DNA from: a virus
Lineage: Duplodnaviria > Caudoviricetes
Direction: 5' to 3' (one strand)
IMG/VR virus record: IMGVR_UViG_3300048598_000573
Location: 1 to 34,620 of that record
Length of the DNA: 34,620 nt
This document shows, in pieces, positions 18,525-27,039 of this stretch; within the stretch, counting starts at the first letter, position 1, and each line of letters opens with the position of its first letter. A program made the translations under genes and the position numbers. Below the pieces are notes generated by a model. That model was given only the letters and a program-made list of their open reading frames with translations. It did no database searches and had not been told where the DNA came from.

Positions 18525-18910
18525 CGCTCAGCCTCCAGCGCGAAGGTGATGCGCCCCTGCCCATTCGCGGTGATGGTTTCGACGATGTAGCGTTCGCCCG
18601 TCAGCTCACGAACGATGATGTCCCCACGACGAATTTCCCACGGGAGATTGGCACGCTCGATCCGAGCGGTGGGCTTGGTCGTCGATCGATCAAACATCCC
18701 GTCGAAACCGGTGAAGCGGGACCGCGAGATCGCAAGATCGGGCTCCGCGAAGTGACCCCGGACCTGCGTGGTCGGTCGTGACGGGTCCGGCGCCCGCTTG
18801 ACGTTCGGACGCTGGACCATGGCGATCAGCGAAAACGACTCGCCTAGCAGGCGATCGGTCTCGACCGTCATGAGCCGTCTGTATTTGTGAAAGAGTGAGC
18901 CGTGATCCAT
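18521..18910 (-). CDS. Head-tail joining (FII-like) protein
   Basis: Start placed at MDHGS (18910), since the longer ORF crosses a terminator. C-terminal IRRGDIIV...GERYIV beta barrel. Confidence 0.7.
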   Translation of the reverse strand: MDHGSLFHKYRRLMTVETDRLLGESFSLIAMVQRPNVKRAPDPSRPTTQVRGHFAEPDLAISRSRFTGFDGMFDRSTTKPTARIERANLPWEIRRGDIIVRELTGERYIVETITANGQGRITFALEAER

Positions 18911-18915
18911 GGCTC

Positions 18916-18921
18916 TATTTA
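18916..18921 (-). promoter_or_regulatory. TAAATA box 5 nt before ATG, in a hairpin loop
   Basis: CATGGCTC-cacTAAATA-GAGCCATG; arms 18908-18915 and 18925-18932, the downstream arm containing the ATG. Confidence 0.75.
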
Positions 18922-18933
18922 GTGGAGCCATGC

Positions 18934-18963
18934 AAAGCGAAAGGCCCGGATCGCTCCGGGCCT
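18934..18963 (-). terminator. Intrinsic terminator after capsid operon
   Basis: Same hairpin as at 15528-15549, followed by TTCGCTTT. Confidence 0.78.
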
Positions 18964-18969
18964 CTCGTT

Positions 18970-19185
18970 TCATTTTTTCGATTTCGTCGCCGGCTTCTTC
19001 TCAACCGGCTCAGGCTCCGCAGTGGTGGCCTTCGCGGCTGCGTCCAGATTGACCGCTGCACCCTGCGCGATCGCTTCCTCAGCGATCTCGTCCGAAAGGT
19101 CCGACGTGATCAGACCCTCAGGATAGATGATCGAGGTCTGATTATCGACCTCGATCCTGTGTTGCTTCACGAACCGGACTCGCAT
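18970..19185 (-). CDS. Small post-capsid protein
   Basis: 71 aa, coupled to capsid stop; MRVRFVK start and Lys-rich tail. Confidence 0.75.
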   Translation of the reverse strand: MRVRFVKQHRIEVDNQTSIIYPEGLITSDLSDEIAEEAIAQGAAVNLDAAAKATTAEPEPVEKKPATKSKK

Positions 19186-20198
19186 CAGGTGATGGTCGCC
19201 TTGGCGAGCAGCTTCGGACGCAGGCAGAGCGGCAACGAAGCCGAACCCGTGAGGATTTCGACACCCTGATCGTGGTCGAGCGGCTTAGTGCTGACGTAAA
19301 TCTCTTCCGCACGCTTACCGACCGTGCCCACGAACGGAGCCGGCGAGAAATAGTGCTTGAAGATCGACGACCCAGCCGGCGACATCGGCAGAACAATCGC
19401 CTCGTTCGTCGGGATCGCGCTGTAGCTCGTGACGGTCCCATCCGGCGCCTCGTACGAGTACGAGTGCGAGACGTTGATGAACCGAGCCCCAGCGAATGTG
19501 AAGTCACCGCGAGTGTCATCGCGCAGCGGGTTCGCGACCGTGGTCGCGTTGGTGTAAGCCGTCGCGATCTCGTCCTGCTGCATCATCGCATCCCAGAAGC
19601 CGTTCGATGCGAGCACGAGCACGCCCGTGATGGTCGCGCCGTTCGCGTTCGCTTCGAAGTTGCGCCAGACATTGCGAACCGCGTTGCGGGTCTTGGTCGT
19701 GCCAAAGTCGAAATCGAACGTGGTGCGGCTGATGCTGAACTCGCTGAAGATGTCGAGCATCGTGTTACCAGCGCCGTCCTTCACAGTACCGTTCAGAGCG
19801 GTCCACCGAAGGTATTCCTGCATGTTCTGATGGCGCCGACTCAGCCCCACGAGACGGTCCGAAAGTTCATCCTGAACGTTCGCGAAGTCCTCGCTGCCAA
19901 AGCCGCGCTGACCGTCGAAATCAGCCGCGAGAATGGTATCCGCGAGCGGAAACCACGGGGTTTCGAGTAAGCGAGTAGCACGCGAGCTATGCTTGTTCTG
20001 CGCAGCCGGGCCACCACGGATCGCGGACGGGATCAGGTTCAGGTTGCCAGACTTCTCATCGATGCCGACGTTCATCGAACGAAGATACGTGCGATCAAAG
20101 AGACCCAGATCGCCCAGAAGCGTGGGCGAACGCGGGACAGCGCTGACCGCATCAGTCAGCTCAGCGGCGCCAAAGATATTGGTGGGAAGAGTAATCAT
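19185..20198 (-). CDS. Major capsid protein (lambda E family)
   Basis: 337 aa; LTDAVSAVP..PTLLGDLGLF, QEYLRWTALNG, SASLPLCLRPKLL; strong RBS. Confidence 0.93.
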   Translation of the reverse strand: MITLPTNIFGAAELTDAVSAVPRSPTLLGDLGLFDRTYLRSMNVGIDEKSGNLNLIPSAIRGGPAAQNKHSSRATRLLETPWFPLADTILAADFDGQRGFGSEDFANVQDELSDRLVGLSRRHQNMQEYLRWTALNGTVKDGAGNTMLDIFSEFSISRTTFDFDFGTTKTRNAVRNVWRNFEANANGATITGVLVLASNGFWDAMMQQDEIATAYTNATTVANPLRDDTRGDFTFAGARFINVSHSYSYEAPDGTVTSYSAIPTNEAIVLPMSPAGSSIFKHYFSPAPFVGTVGKRAEEIYVSTKPLDHDQGVEILTGSASLPLCLRPKLLAKATIT

Positions 20199-20222
20199 TG
20201 AAATATATGTCCTTTCAATATC

Positions 20223-20579
20223 TTAGCGAGCCACGACGCCGAGCGACGCGAGACGAGCGATCGCTGCGTCCTTCTTCGCCTGAGTGTCGAAAGTTGCGTC
20301 AAAAATGAGCGCGTTAGCGGAGACAGCTGCGGTCCGAACGACCATCAGAGCCTTAGTGTCAGCGGTCGCGACGACGTTGGTCGCGAGGACGCCAAGAACT
20401 TCGGTCGTGATCGAAGCGGCTGCAATGATCCATTCGCCAGCGACGGAGTCGAACTCCATCACGGTGCCAGCGGAAAGCGTGCCCTGCCCGGACGAAATCG
20501 TCACGGTGTCGATCGAAATCTGATCAACCGTGGCGCGAACAACGTCAGAAGAGACGCGAGGCATGGTGTAAGCGGTCAT
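20223..20579 (-). CDS. Head decoration protein (lambda D-like)
   Basis: VTISSGQGTLSAGTVM and AIARLASLGVVAR; directly upstream of capsid. Confidence 0.85.
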   Translation of the reverse strand: MTAYTMPRVSSDVVRATVDQISIDTVTISSGQGTLSAGTVMEFDSVAGEWIIAAASITTEVLGVLATNVVATADTKALMVVRTAAVSANALIFDATFDTQAKKDAAIARLASLGVVAR

Positions 20580-20583
20580 AGAA

Positions 20584-20979
20584 TTAGTCCTTTCTGAACT
20601 TGTTCTTCATGAAATCAGCAATCGTGGCTTTCGGAGCGTCCGCCACATCTTCATCCGACAGGCGCGGATCGTGCTGCGCGAGCGCCGCGACAGCCGCAGC
20701 CTTGGTCGCCTGATCCTGCTTCAGCGCCTCGATCTCAGCAGCAGCGTCAGCGCGAGCAGCCTCAGCAGCAGCGTCAGCGCGAGCCTGAGCGGTCGCCTCA
20801 GCATCAGCCGAAGCAGCCTCGAAAATCTTGCCCGCGAGTTCTGCGGAGAAATCGCCATCGATCATCATGCTGGCGAGCGAGGGAAACGCAGCGGCGCCCT
20901 CGTGCTTGAAAATCCCTGCGATGCGCTGGCGCTCAGAGGCGCGAGCCGACGCGGGAGTCTCATCATGGAATTCAGTCAT
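20584..20979 (-). CDS. Nested in-frame scaffold protein (Nu3-like)
   Basis: Internal GAAAGGG RBS before MTEFHDE (20979), with its own TAAATA box at 21006-21011. Confidence 0.7.
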   Translation of the reverse strand: MTEFHDETPASARASERQRIAGIFKHEGAAAFPSLASMMIDGDFSAELAGKIFEAASADAEATAQARADAAAEAARADAAAEIEALKQDQATKAAAVAALAQHDPRLSDEDVADAPKATIADFMKNKFRKD

Positions 20980-21885
20980 CAGAAGACCCTTTCGTGATTC
21001 AAACTTATTTAGTGAAAGCCCTTCGATTGCTCGAACGGTTGCCTCGAAACCTGCGAGCTGATCGATTAGCCCAATCTTCAGCGCCTCATCACCAAGCAAC
21101 GTGCGACCCTTGAGGTCAGCGATGACTTGGGACGATACTTTCGGACGATTTCGGGTGACGGTGGAGCCGAACAACTCGTGCAGACGGTCAACGTCAGCCT
21201 GAAGCCGCGCGATCTGATCCGACGTGATGGGCTCCACGCCCGAAGGACGAGCCTTGTCCTCGACCGATCGGATGATGACCGGTCGGATACCCTCGTTCTC
21301 AAGCCGCTTGGACTGATCGAAGAGGCTGACGATCACGCCGATCGATCCGACGATGGCGGTTTCGGGTGCGAAAATTCGGCGGGTTGCGGAGGCGAGCAAA
21401 TAGGCTGCGGATGCAGTCATGCTGTTCGCGATCGAGAAGACCGGCTTCTGCGTGCGATCGATCTCGCGGATCGCTGCGGCTGCTTCGAAGGCCCCCGCGA
21501 CGGTCCCACCGGGGGAATTGATATCGAGAAGAATCGCGCGGACCTGATGGTCGCCGGCTGCTGCTCGAACCTGATGCGTTAGACCTTCGTAACCGACCAT
21601 GCCGGAGCTGGCGCCCACCCAGCTCCCACGGTTCGTGAGGCTCCCATTGACCGGGACGATCGCGACGCCTCCAGTGGTCCGCCGATAGAGCGTTTCGCCC
21701 CGGCTGTTCTGGACCGCTGCACCGATGAAGGCGGAGCCCTGAGGTTCCGCCACTGCCTGGAGCGCCTGAAGGTCGCGGGACGCAAGCGCCCGGATCAGCA
21801 CGTCCGACAGAACTTCGGCTTTACTGGAATCCAGAAGCAGAGGCGTGTTGAAGAACGACGTGAAAATAAGATCAAGATTTCTCAT
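20584..21885 (-). CDS. S49 prohead protease (lambda C-like) fused to scaffold domain
   Basis: ILLDINSPGG, ASAAYLLAS and VGSIGV S49 motifs; Ala-rich coiled-coil C-terminus. Confidence 0.93.
   Translation of the reverse strand: MRNLDLIFTSFFNTPLLLDSSKAEVLSDVLIRALASRDLQALQAVAEPQGSAFIGAAVQNSRGETLYRRTTGGVAIVPVNGSLTNRGSWVGASSGMVGYEGLTHQVRAAAGDHQVRAILLDINSPGGTVAGAFEAAAAIREIDRTQKPVFSIANSMTASAAYLLASATRRIFAPETAIVGSIGVIVSLFDQSKRLENEGIRPVIIRSVEDKARPSGVEPITSDQIARLQADVDRLHELFGSTVTRNRPKVSSQVIADLKGRTLLGDEALKIGLIDQLAGFEATVRAIEGLSLNKFESRKGLLMTEFHDETPASARASERQRIAGIFKHEGAAAFPSLASMMIDGDFSAELAGKIFEAASADAEATAQARADAAAEAARADAAAEIEALKQDQATKAAAVAALAQHDPRLSDEDVADAPKATIADFMKNKFRKD
21006..21011 (-). promoter_or_regulatory. 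Intragenic TAAATA box for scaffold/decoration/capsid transcript
   Basis: cacTAAATAagt in an AT-rich patch within the S49 gene, 26 nt before the internal ATG. Confidence 0.7.
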
Positions 21886-21890
21886 GATCG

Positions 21891-21896
21891 TATTTA
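21891..21896 (-). promoter_or_regulatory. TAAATA box 5 nt before ATG (leaderless), overlapping portal stop
   Basis: gccTAAATAcgatcATG(21885). Confidence 0.65.
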
Positions 21897-23486
21897 GGCG
21901 GTGCGCTCTTCTTCCTCTTCAGGGTCAACATCTTCCGGGTCATCGGACGGGACCAGCGGGGGTCCAGCGGACAGCCCAAGCTCTTTCATCCGCGCTTCTT
22001 CCTCCGCGCGCTGCTGCAACAGCTCGTCCAGATCGAGCCCGTCGCGTGCCGCGAGGATCGCGCGGGTCGTCAAGCCGTGCTGAAGCGCCAAGATGTCCGC
22101 CTCGATCTCTTTCTTCGGGTCGATTTTTGGTGCGCCGATCGCCAGCCAAGAGCAGCGGGTGAGCGCGTCCCAAGAGTTCGTGAGATCGGAGACCCCCGGC
22201 GGGACCGGGACCGCGCCGACTAGGATCGCTTCCTCCAGCCATGCCCGGAAAATCTTTGAGCAAAATTCCTGCGTCACGTTCTCACGAATGATCGCGAAGT
22301 TTCGATGAGCCCCCTGAAGCGAGAGCCGCGCAGCGGCATAAGGAAGGCCCTGATAATCAGAGGTCAGAGTCGGATAATCGACGCCAAGGCCCGCCGCGAG
22401 CTGATGTAGGACGCGCTTCTCGAATTCCGCGAAAGTTTGGGGCGCCCCGGTCGGCTGGACGATGTCCAATTTTTCGCCGGGCAACAGGTGCACGACTTTG
22501 GACCCGTTGATGCTCAGACCACCCTCTTTGTAGAAGTCTGCGGCGGTCGCCATGCGCTCCAGCGTCAGGCCCGCCATCACGGACCCATACTCGTTCTGAA
22601 GCCGATCCGTATCGGCGCCGATCACATTCATCGCGGTCGAATAGTCCGCCTCTGAGCTGATCGTCGCTGCATAGGTCGATGCGAGAACCGCACGGTTCAA
22701 TTCGGACTGCTGATAGCGATGAAGCTGCTTCGCCTGTCCCAAGATCGTGGCGGTCTCTGCCACCGCACGGGACGCTTCAGCGCGAGCGTTTGGTTCAGAC
22801 CGCACGTGGATCATGACCGGTCGCCCGTTGGCGGTCGAGCGCGGGACACGGTCCCACTGGTACTTTTTGGTCTGGTCCTCGATCAGGACAGCGCCCGGAT
22901 GCGCTCGCCTGACAAAGTACGCGATGATTTCGCCCCACGGGTCCTTTTGGACCCCATGGGGGTACGTCGTCGCGCGATCGATCGGGGGAGAAATCCGGTC
23001 ACCGTCGATAAGCTGCACGCAGGTTGCGAAGCGTGCGCCCGGCTTGGCCCGGATCGCTCCGAACGCCTCACCATCGATCATCGCGGCTGCGACCACACGG
23101 TGGACGAGACCCGTGAGGGTCAGCTGACGCCTCGCATCCACGAGCCGGCTGGACCCATGAGCGTAGTTCTCGAACTCGCGCTCGACCAAACGAGCCCATT
23201 CGCGCATCGCCGCCGCATCGGTGCCCAAGGCGTAGGAATCCGGGCTGTAGCTGAGCTTTACGCGAGGACCGAAGGTGTTTGAGATCGTCGCGCGGACCGC
23301 GTTCTTAACCGCTGGATTGTTCCGAAAAAGATCGCGGGACCGGGCGCGCAGAAGCGTCGTGTCCTGCGTTTCGTCGTCTGCGGCATTCAATGACGGATGC
23401 CACAACGCCAGCTCCGAACGATCGTTCAGACCGCCATAATATGGCGCGGACCCCATGAGGCTCGATTTGAACTTGGGCGCGCTCAT
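21894..23486 (-). CDS. Portal protein, lambda family
   Basis: LRARSRDLFRNNP, DGEAF, LAAGLGVDY..LTSDY, IDPKKE motifs. Confidence 0.95.
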   Translation of the reverse strand: MSAPKFKSSLMGSAPYYGGLNDRSELALWHPSLNAADDETQDTTLLRARSRDLFRNNPAVKNAVRATISNTFGPRVKLSYSPDSYALGTDAAAMREWARLVEREFENYAHGSSRLVDARRQLTLTGLVHRVVAAAMIDGEAFGAIRAKPGARFATCVQLIDGDRISPPIDRATTYPHGVQKDPWGEIIAYFVRRAHPGAVLIEDQTKKYQWDRVPRSTANGRPVMIHVRSEPNARAEASRAVAETATILGQAKQLHRYQQSELNRAVLASTYAATISSEADYSTAMNVIGADTDRLQNEYGSVMAGLTLERMATAADFYKEGGLSINGSKVVHLLPGEKLDIVQPTGAPQTFAEFEKRVLHQLAAGLGVDYPTLTSDYQGLPYAAARLSLQGAHRNFAIIRENVTQEFCSKIFRAWLEEAILVGAVPVPPGVSDLTNSWDALTRCSWLAIGAPKIDPKKEIEADILALQHGLTTRAILAARDGLDLDELLQQRAEEEARMKELGLSAGPPLVPSDDPEDVDPEEEEERTA

Positions 23487-24124
23487 ACGAAGCGGACCCC
23501 CGCCGCGCGACCACGGATGGTCGAGTTAGTTGCGGGATTGAGGTCCGGCAATCCGGAGCCGGCGCCGCAGCTCCGATAAAGATTGCTGTACAGCTCCGTC
23601 AGGCGACGGATGTCCTTTCGATAGAACGAGAGTTCTTCACCGTCGTGTTTGACCGATGCGACCTCCCTCCCCTCACTTTGCAGCTCGAACAGCGCTCGCC
23701 AGAGAGCCGCGAGCATGGCCTGACACGACGGGAGCCCTAGCACTGGGTTCTCCGCGTCCGTGATGGGCTGCGGTAAGGGTGCCACGGGCGCCGCGTACAT
23801 GGGCTCGCTGGAGAGCTGAGCCGTCCCGGTGATCGCCACAGCGTCGCCCGCGATCGTCAGGGTCCCGGTTACGCCACCGGTCGCTGCGACCGTGAGGGTC
23901 CCGGTGATCGCCACGAGATCGGTCAAATAGATCGTGAGCGAGTGCGGAACCGATACGCTCAGGCCCGTTCCGTTGATCGCGAGCGTGGTCGAGCCGATCC
24001 GGAGCGTTCCGGTCCAGCTGCGATCGTTGTAGGCGGTGATTTCGACGGTGATGAGCTTTTCGTCAGAGGTCTCGCCGTTTGCAGAAATTGATTGAAGCAT
24101 TATGATGAGTTCCGGGTTACTCAT
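23483..24124 (-). CDS. gpW-like head completion protein with extra N-terminal beta-rich domain (start uncertain: 24151, 24124 or 24100)
   Basis: C-terminal LWRALFELQSEGREVASVKHDGEELSF..DIRRL is gpW-like; lies between TerL and portal. Confidence 0.7.
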   Translation of the reverse strand: MSNPELIIMLQSISANGETSDEKLITVEITAYNDRSWTGTLRIGSTTLAINGTGLSVSVPHSLTIYLTDLVAITGTLTVAATGGVTGTLTIAGDAVAITGTAQLSSEPMYAAPVAPLPQPITDAENPVLGLPSCQAMLAALWRALFELQSEGREVASVKHDGEELSFYRKDIRRLTELYSNLYRSCGAGSGLPDLNPATNSTIRGRAAGVRFV

Positions 24125-24126
24125 CG

Positions 24127-24132
24127 TATTTA
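24127..24132 (-). promoter_or_regulatory. TAAATA box upstream of gpW/portal
   Basis: cagTAAATAcga just downstream of the TerL stop. Confidence 0.6.
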
Positions 24133-24172
24133 CTGAAGTGGTCAAAAGCATAAGAGCGGTAGTGACTGACGC

Positions 24173-26518
24173 TCAGCGAAGCCTCCGCGCGATATCGGCT
24201 GCGGTCTTCTTCGGTTTCTGCTGAGTTGAACCGGGCTGACGCTCACTGAAGCGTCTCGCGCGATCCGCGAGGTCGATCGTCAGGCTCTTTCGTGCTGCCA
24301 TCGCATAGACGAAGCAGTCCAGCGCTTCTGCGTCTTGACCTTGCTTCCGCTCCCACTTGCGTTTGATCTCGTTCTTCACGAACCGCGTGACGTACTGCTC
24401 AGCCGTCAGCTGTTCGAAATAGTCCGGGCCAAGATTGGTGCTGAAATGGACGTAGGACGGTCCGGGCTCAGCGGTCGCGAGCATCCGCGCGAGAAGGGTC
24501 TTACCGGTGTCACTACCCACGATGAAAAATGGAACCGGTGAGTTCTGCGTGAGCCTCTTGGCGCCACGTTTCCACAGCGGTAGGTCACCGCCGCGCCCCT
24601 TGATCGCGTACCACCTTTTCCCTCGCTGCTGCCCTTCGGTCGCAAACTCGTAAACGTTCTGCGTCGCGTAGCCGGAGTCGATCGCGACCGCCTCGATCGA
24701 CAGAAGCTCACCGCACGCGTGGCGGTGTTTTTCGTGCAAGATTTGCCGGACCTCATCCCAGACCGCGCCCTTCGTGGGGTCACCGGTCATCACACGATGA
24801 TCGAGGACCCAGACCTCATCGTTCGGTCCCCATCCAAGGTGCGTCAGCTCGATCCGGTCGAGCTGCACGTCGATCCCGGCGCTGATCATCACGACCGCGT
24901 CCGGGAGCTGTTTCAGGCTGAAGTTTTCAGCCCGCTCGCGGAGCCTCAGCGGGTCCGAAAGCTCGATCTGTTCGTCCTTCGCCGGCAAGGCGAGCGCAGT
25001 GTTCGTGAACCCGATGAGCCTGAGGCGATCATTGCCGATCAGCTCGAATTCATTCGCCAAATAGGACAGCGGGTTGAACAGCGATGCGATCGCGTTGAGG
25101 TGATAGCCACGGGTCTTGGATTGCTTCGTCGGGCTCCACTGTCCGCGATGGATCGACTCGCGGCGCTCCGCTTCCGTCCAAGGCTCTTCGCAGTGGGAGC
25201 AAACATATTCGGCGGTTTCGGGTTGACCCGGCGTCCAGCGGACGCGGGACCATTCGAGCCGTTGGAACGATCCACAGTGCGCGCACGGACACTCATAAAC
25301 GCGATAATCGGACCGCTCCAGTTCGGACCAGATCAGACTTTGCCCCTCAACCGTGGGGGTACTCGTGAGGATGATTTTGCGGTTCCAAAAGTTTCGCGTT
25401 CGGGTCCGCACGAGCCCAAGCGGTGAGCCCTCTTCGCCCACCGATAGTGGGTAGCGATCGACCTCATCCATGAGGGCGATGCGGATCGGTCTGGACGCGA
25501 GCGACGGTGCTGAATTCGCCCCACTGAACGAGAACGAGCCGCCCGGAAATTTGATGTGGCGGATCGTTTGGGCCTGATCGCGCGACCTCCAATCACCGAA
25601 GATTCTCGCCAGCTCCGGTGAATCGCGGAGCATCGGCTGCACGCGATCCTTCGAGAAGGACTCGCTCATTTCGATCGTCGGCTGCACCAGCATGACGGGT
25701 CCGGGATCGAAATGGGCAAAATATCCTAGGACATTATTAACCAATTCGGAGTTGCACGTAGGAACGCATCCCTCGCCAGCAAGGAACAAATGGGATTCTG
25801 AATCCACCTCGATACACACGGTCTCGCGCAGCCCGATCAACCGGGTCACCGCGACGATGCCCGCGCGATCTGGGTTCGAGGGATCACGGACAGTCGTCAG
25901 TCCGTACCGGTCGGACAATTCGGCTGCGCTGACGTGGTGACGGATCGATATCTTCCCCGCTCTGAACCGGGTCAGCTGCTGCGTGGTGCAGCGTCGCGTC
26001 TCAAACTGCGTCACCTCACCGATGAACTGACCGGTCTTGGTCTGATGATGTTTCGAGGGCTTGGTCGTGAAGCGCTTCGAAGCGTGCGAGACGATCCATT
26101 CGTGCTGCTCGTCCGCGACGATGCTGGTCCCATCGGTGAACTCCACGCGATAAGTCGGACGCTTCTCCCACCGTGCCGTCGCCCGGACCGTGACGGGACA
26201 TCCATGCTCGTCCAGCACCAGATCGCCGGGCCTCAGGTCTCCGATCTCGCGCCATCCTGAAGGCGTTGGAATCGGGGTCTCTGGCGCGAGGGCCTTACCG
26301 GTCTGCGATGCGAAACACAGAACGAGTGTTTCGACCTCTGGGTCCGTGACCGCTCGCATGGGCTCGACAAGGTATGGGACCTGATCGTTTGACCATCGCC
26401 CCGCCTGTGCGGAGGACTCCGGGCTCAAATGCCGGTACTGCTCCGCCCATTCATCGACAGATAAATCCGGGGGCAGTTCTAGGCCCCGGCGCCACGCGTC
26501 AATTATCCTCTGATCCAT
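24173..26518 (-). CDS. terL: Terminase large subunit (lambda GpA family) containing an intein
   Basis: Walker A ASQTGK/SE split by an insertion; LMDEVDRY Walker B; STPT; CAHC/CSHC zinc motif; GIDVQ; EALDCFVYA. Confidence 0.95.
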   Translation of the reverse strand: MDQRIIDAWRRGLELPPDLSVDEWAEQYRHLSPESSAQAGRWSNDQVPYLVEPMRAVTDPEVETLVLCFASQTGKALAPETPIPTPSGWREIGDLRPGDLVLDEHGCPVTVRATARWEKRPTYRVEFTDGTSIVADEQHEWIVSHASKRFTTKPSKHHQTKTGQFIGEVTQFETRRCTTQQLTRFRAGKISIRHHVSAAELSDRYGLTTVRDPSNPDRAGIVAVTRLIGLRETVCIEVDSESHLFLAGEGCVPTCNSELVNNVLGYFAHFDPGPVMLVQPTIEMSESFSKDRVQPMLRDSPELARIFGDWRSRDQAQTIRHIKFPGGSFSFSGANSAPSLASRPIRIALMDEVDRYPLSVGEEGSPLGLVRTRTRNFWNRKIILTSTPTVEGQSLIWSELERSDYRVYECPCAHCGSFQRLEWSRVRWTPGQPETAEYVCSHCEEPWTEAERRESIHRGQWSPTKQSKTRGYHLNAIASLFNPLSYLANEFELIGNDRLRLIGFTNTALALPAKDEQIELSDPLRLRERAENFSLKQLPDAVVMISAGIDVQLDRIELTHLGWGPNDEVWVLDHRVMTGDPTKGAVWDEVRQILHEKHRHACGELLSIEAVAIDSGYATQNVYEFATEGQQRGKRWYAIKGRGGDLPLWKRGAKRLTQNSPVPFFIVGSDTGKTLLARMLATAEPGPSYVHFSTNLGPDYFEQLTAEQYVTRFVKNEIKRKWERKQGQDAEALDCFVYAMAARKSLTIDLADRARRFSERQPGSTQQKPKKTAADIARRLR
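25751..26293 (-). mobile_element. Class-3 (Ala-start, WCT) mini-intein, 181 aa, in TerL Walker A
   Basis: K|ALAPETPIPTPSGW..IGDLRPGDLV; block B ADEQHEW; block F VCIEVD..HLFLAG; block G PTCN|S. No endonuclease motif seen. Confidence 0.92.
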
Positions 26519-27026
26519 CGGTCATTTGAAATTTCTCGCTCAAAGCGCTTTGAAATTCGTGGATAGCGTCACGCAGCTCCTTTGAGAGCTTCGCCCGCCC
26601 TGTGTCGGTCAAGAACGGCTGGAGGCGCGGTTCGAGCGCTTGGATGCGCCCACGGACGATGCGAGCGATCTCGAAACAGGTCCGTTCGACCTCATCGCGC
26701 GGGATGAGGAGTCCGGTCTTTCGCTCGAACTCCAGCCGTGCCAGCTCAGCCTTGAAATGCTGCTCTTTCGCCCGGTCCTCCGCCATGCGCTTGGCGACGG
26801 GTTGAGCGTCAGGGTCGTCATTAACCCCCTGCCCCTTGGCGGTGCGCCATACAGCGGCTCGCTGCTGGTCCGTATTCGCTTCGTATTCAGCCTTGATCGC
26901 GACCAGATCGAAGGGTTTGCCCCTTACGGGTCGGGTGATCTTCCCCTCCGCGATCAGCTGATTGAGGCGCCGTCGCGTGATCCCGAGTTCGTCCGCAAGC
27001 GCGGTCATTGTGGTGACTTTTCGCAT
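26499..27026 (-). CDS. terS: Terminase small subunit (Nu1-like)
   Basis: N-terminal HTH (TALADELGITRRRLNQLIAEGKI) and KAELARLEFERKTGLLIPRDEV; overlaps TerL start. Start at MRKV, 4 nt after TAAGTA (27031-27036). Confidence 0.88.
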   Translation of the reverse strand: MRKVTTMTALADELGITRRRLNQLIAEGKITRPVRGKPFDLVAIKAEYEANTDQQRAAVWRTAKGQGVNDDPDAQPVAKRMAEDRAKEQHFKAELARLEFERKTGLLIPRDEVERTCFEIARIVRGRIQALEPRLQPFLTDTGRAKLSKELRDAIHEFQSALSEKFQMTDGSEDN

Positions 27027-27039
27027 CCTGTACTTAGTC

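Noticed and set aside
25751-26293. Homing endonuclease within the intein
   Set aside because: The linker is too short and has no LAGLIDADG or HNH motif.
1975-26805. Many long plus-strand ORFs (e.g. 1975-3054, 4133-5062, 6909-7643, 19272-19970, 24719-25426)
   Set aside because: Arg/Asp-rich antisense shadows of well-supported minus-strand genes in GC-rich DNA.
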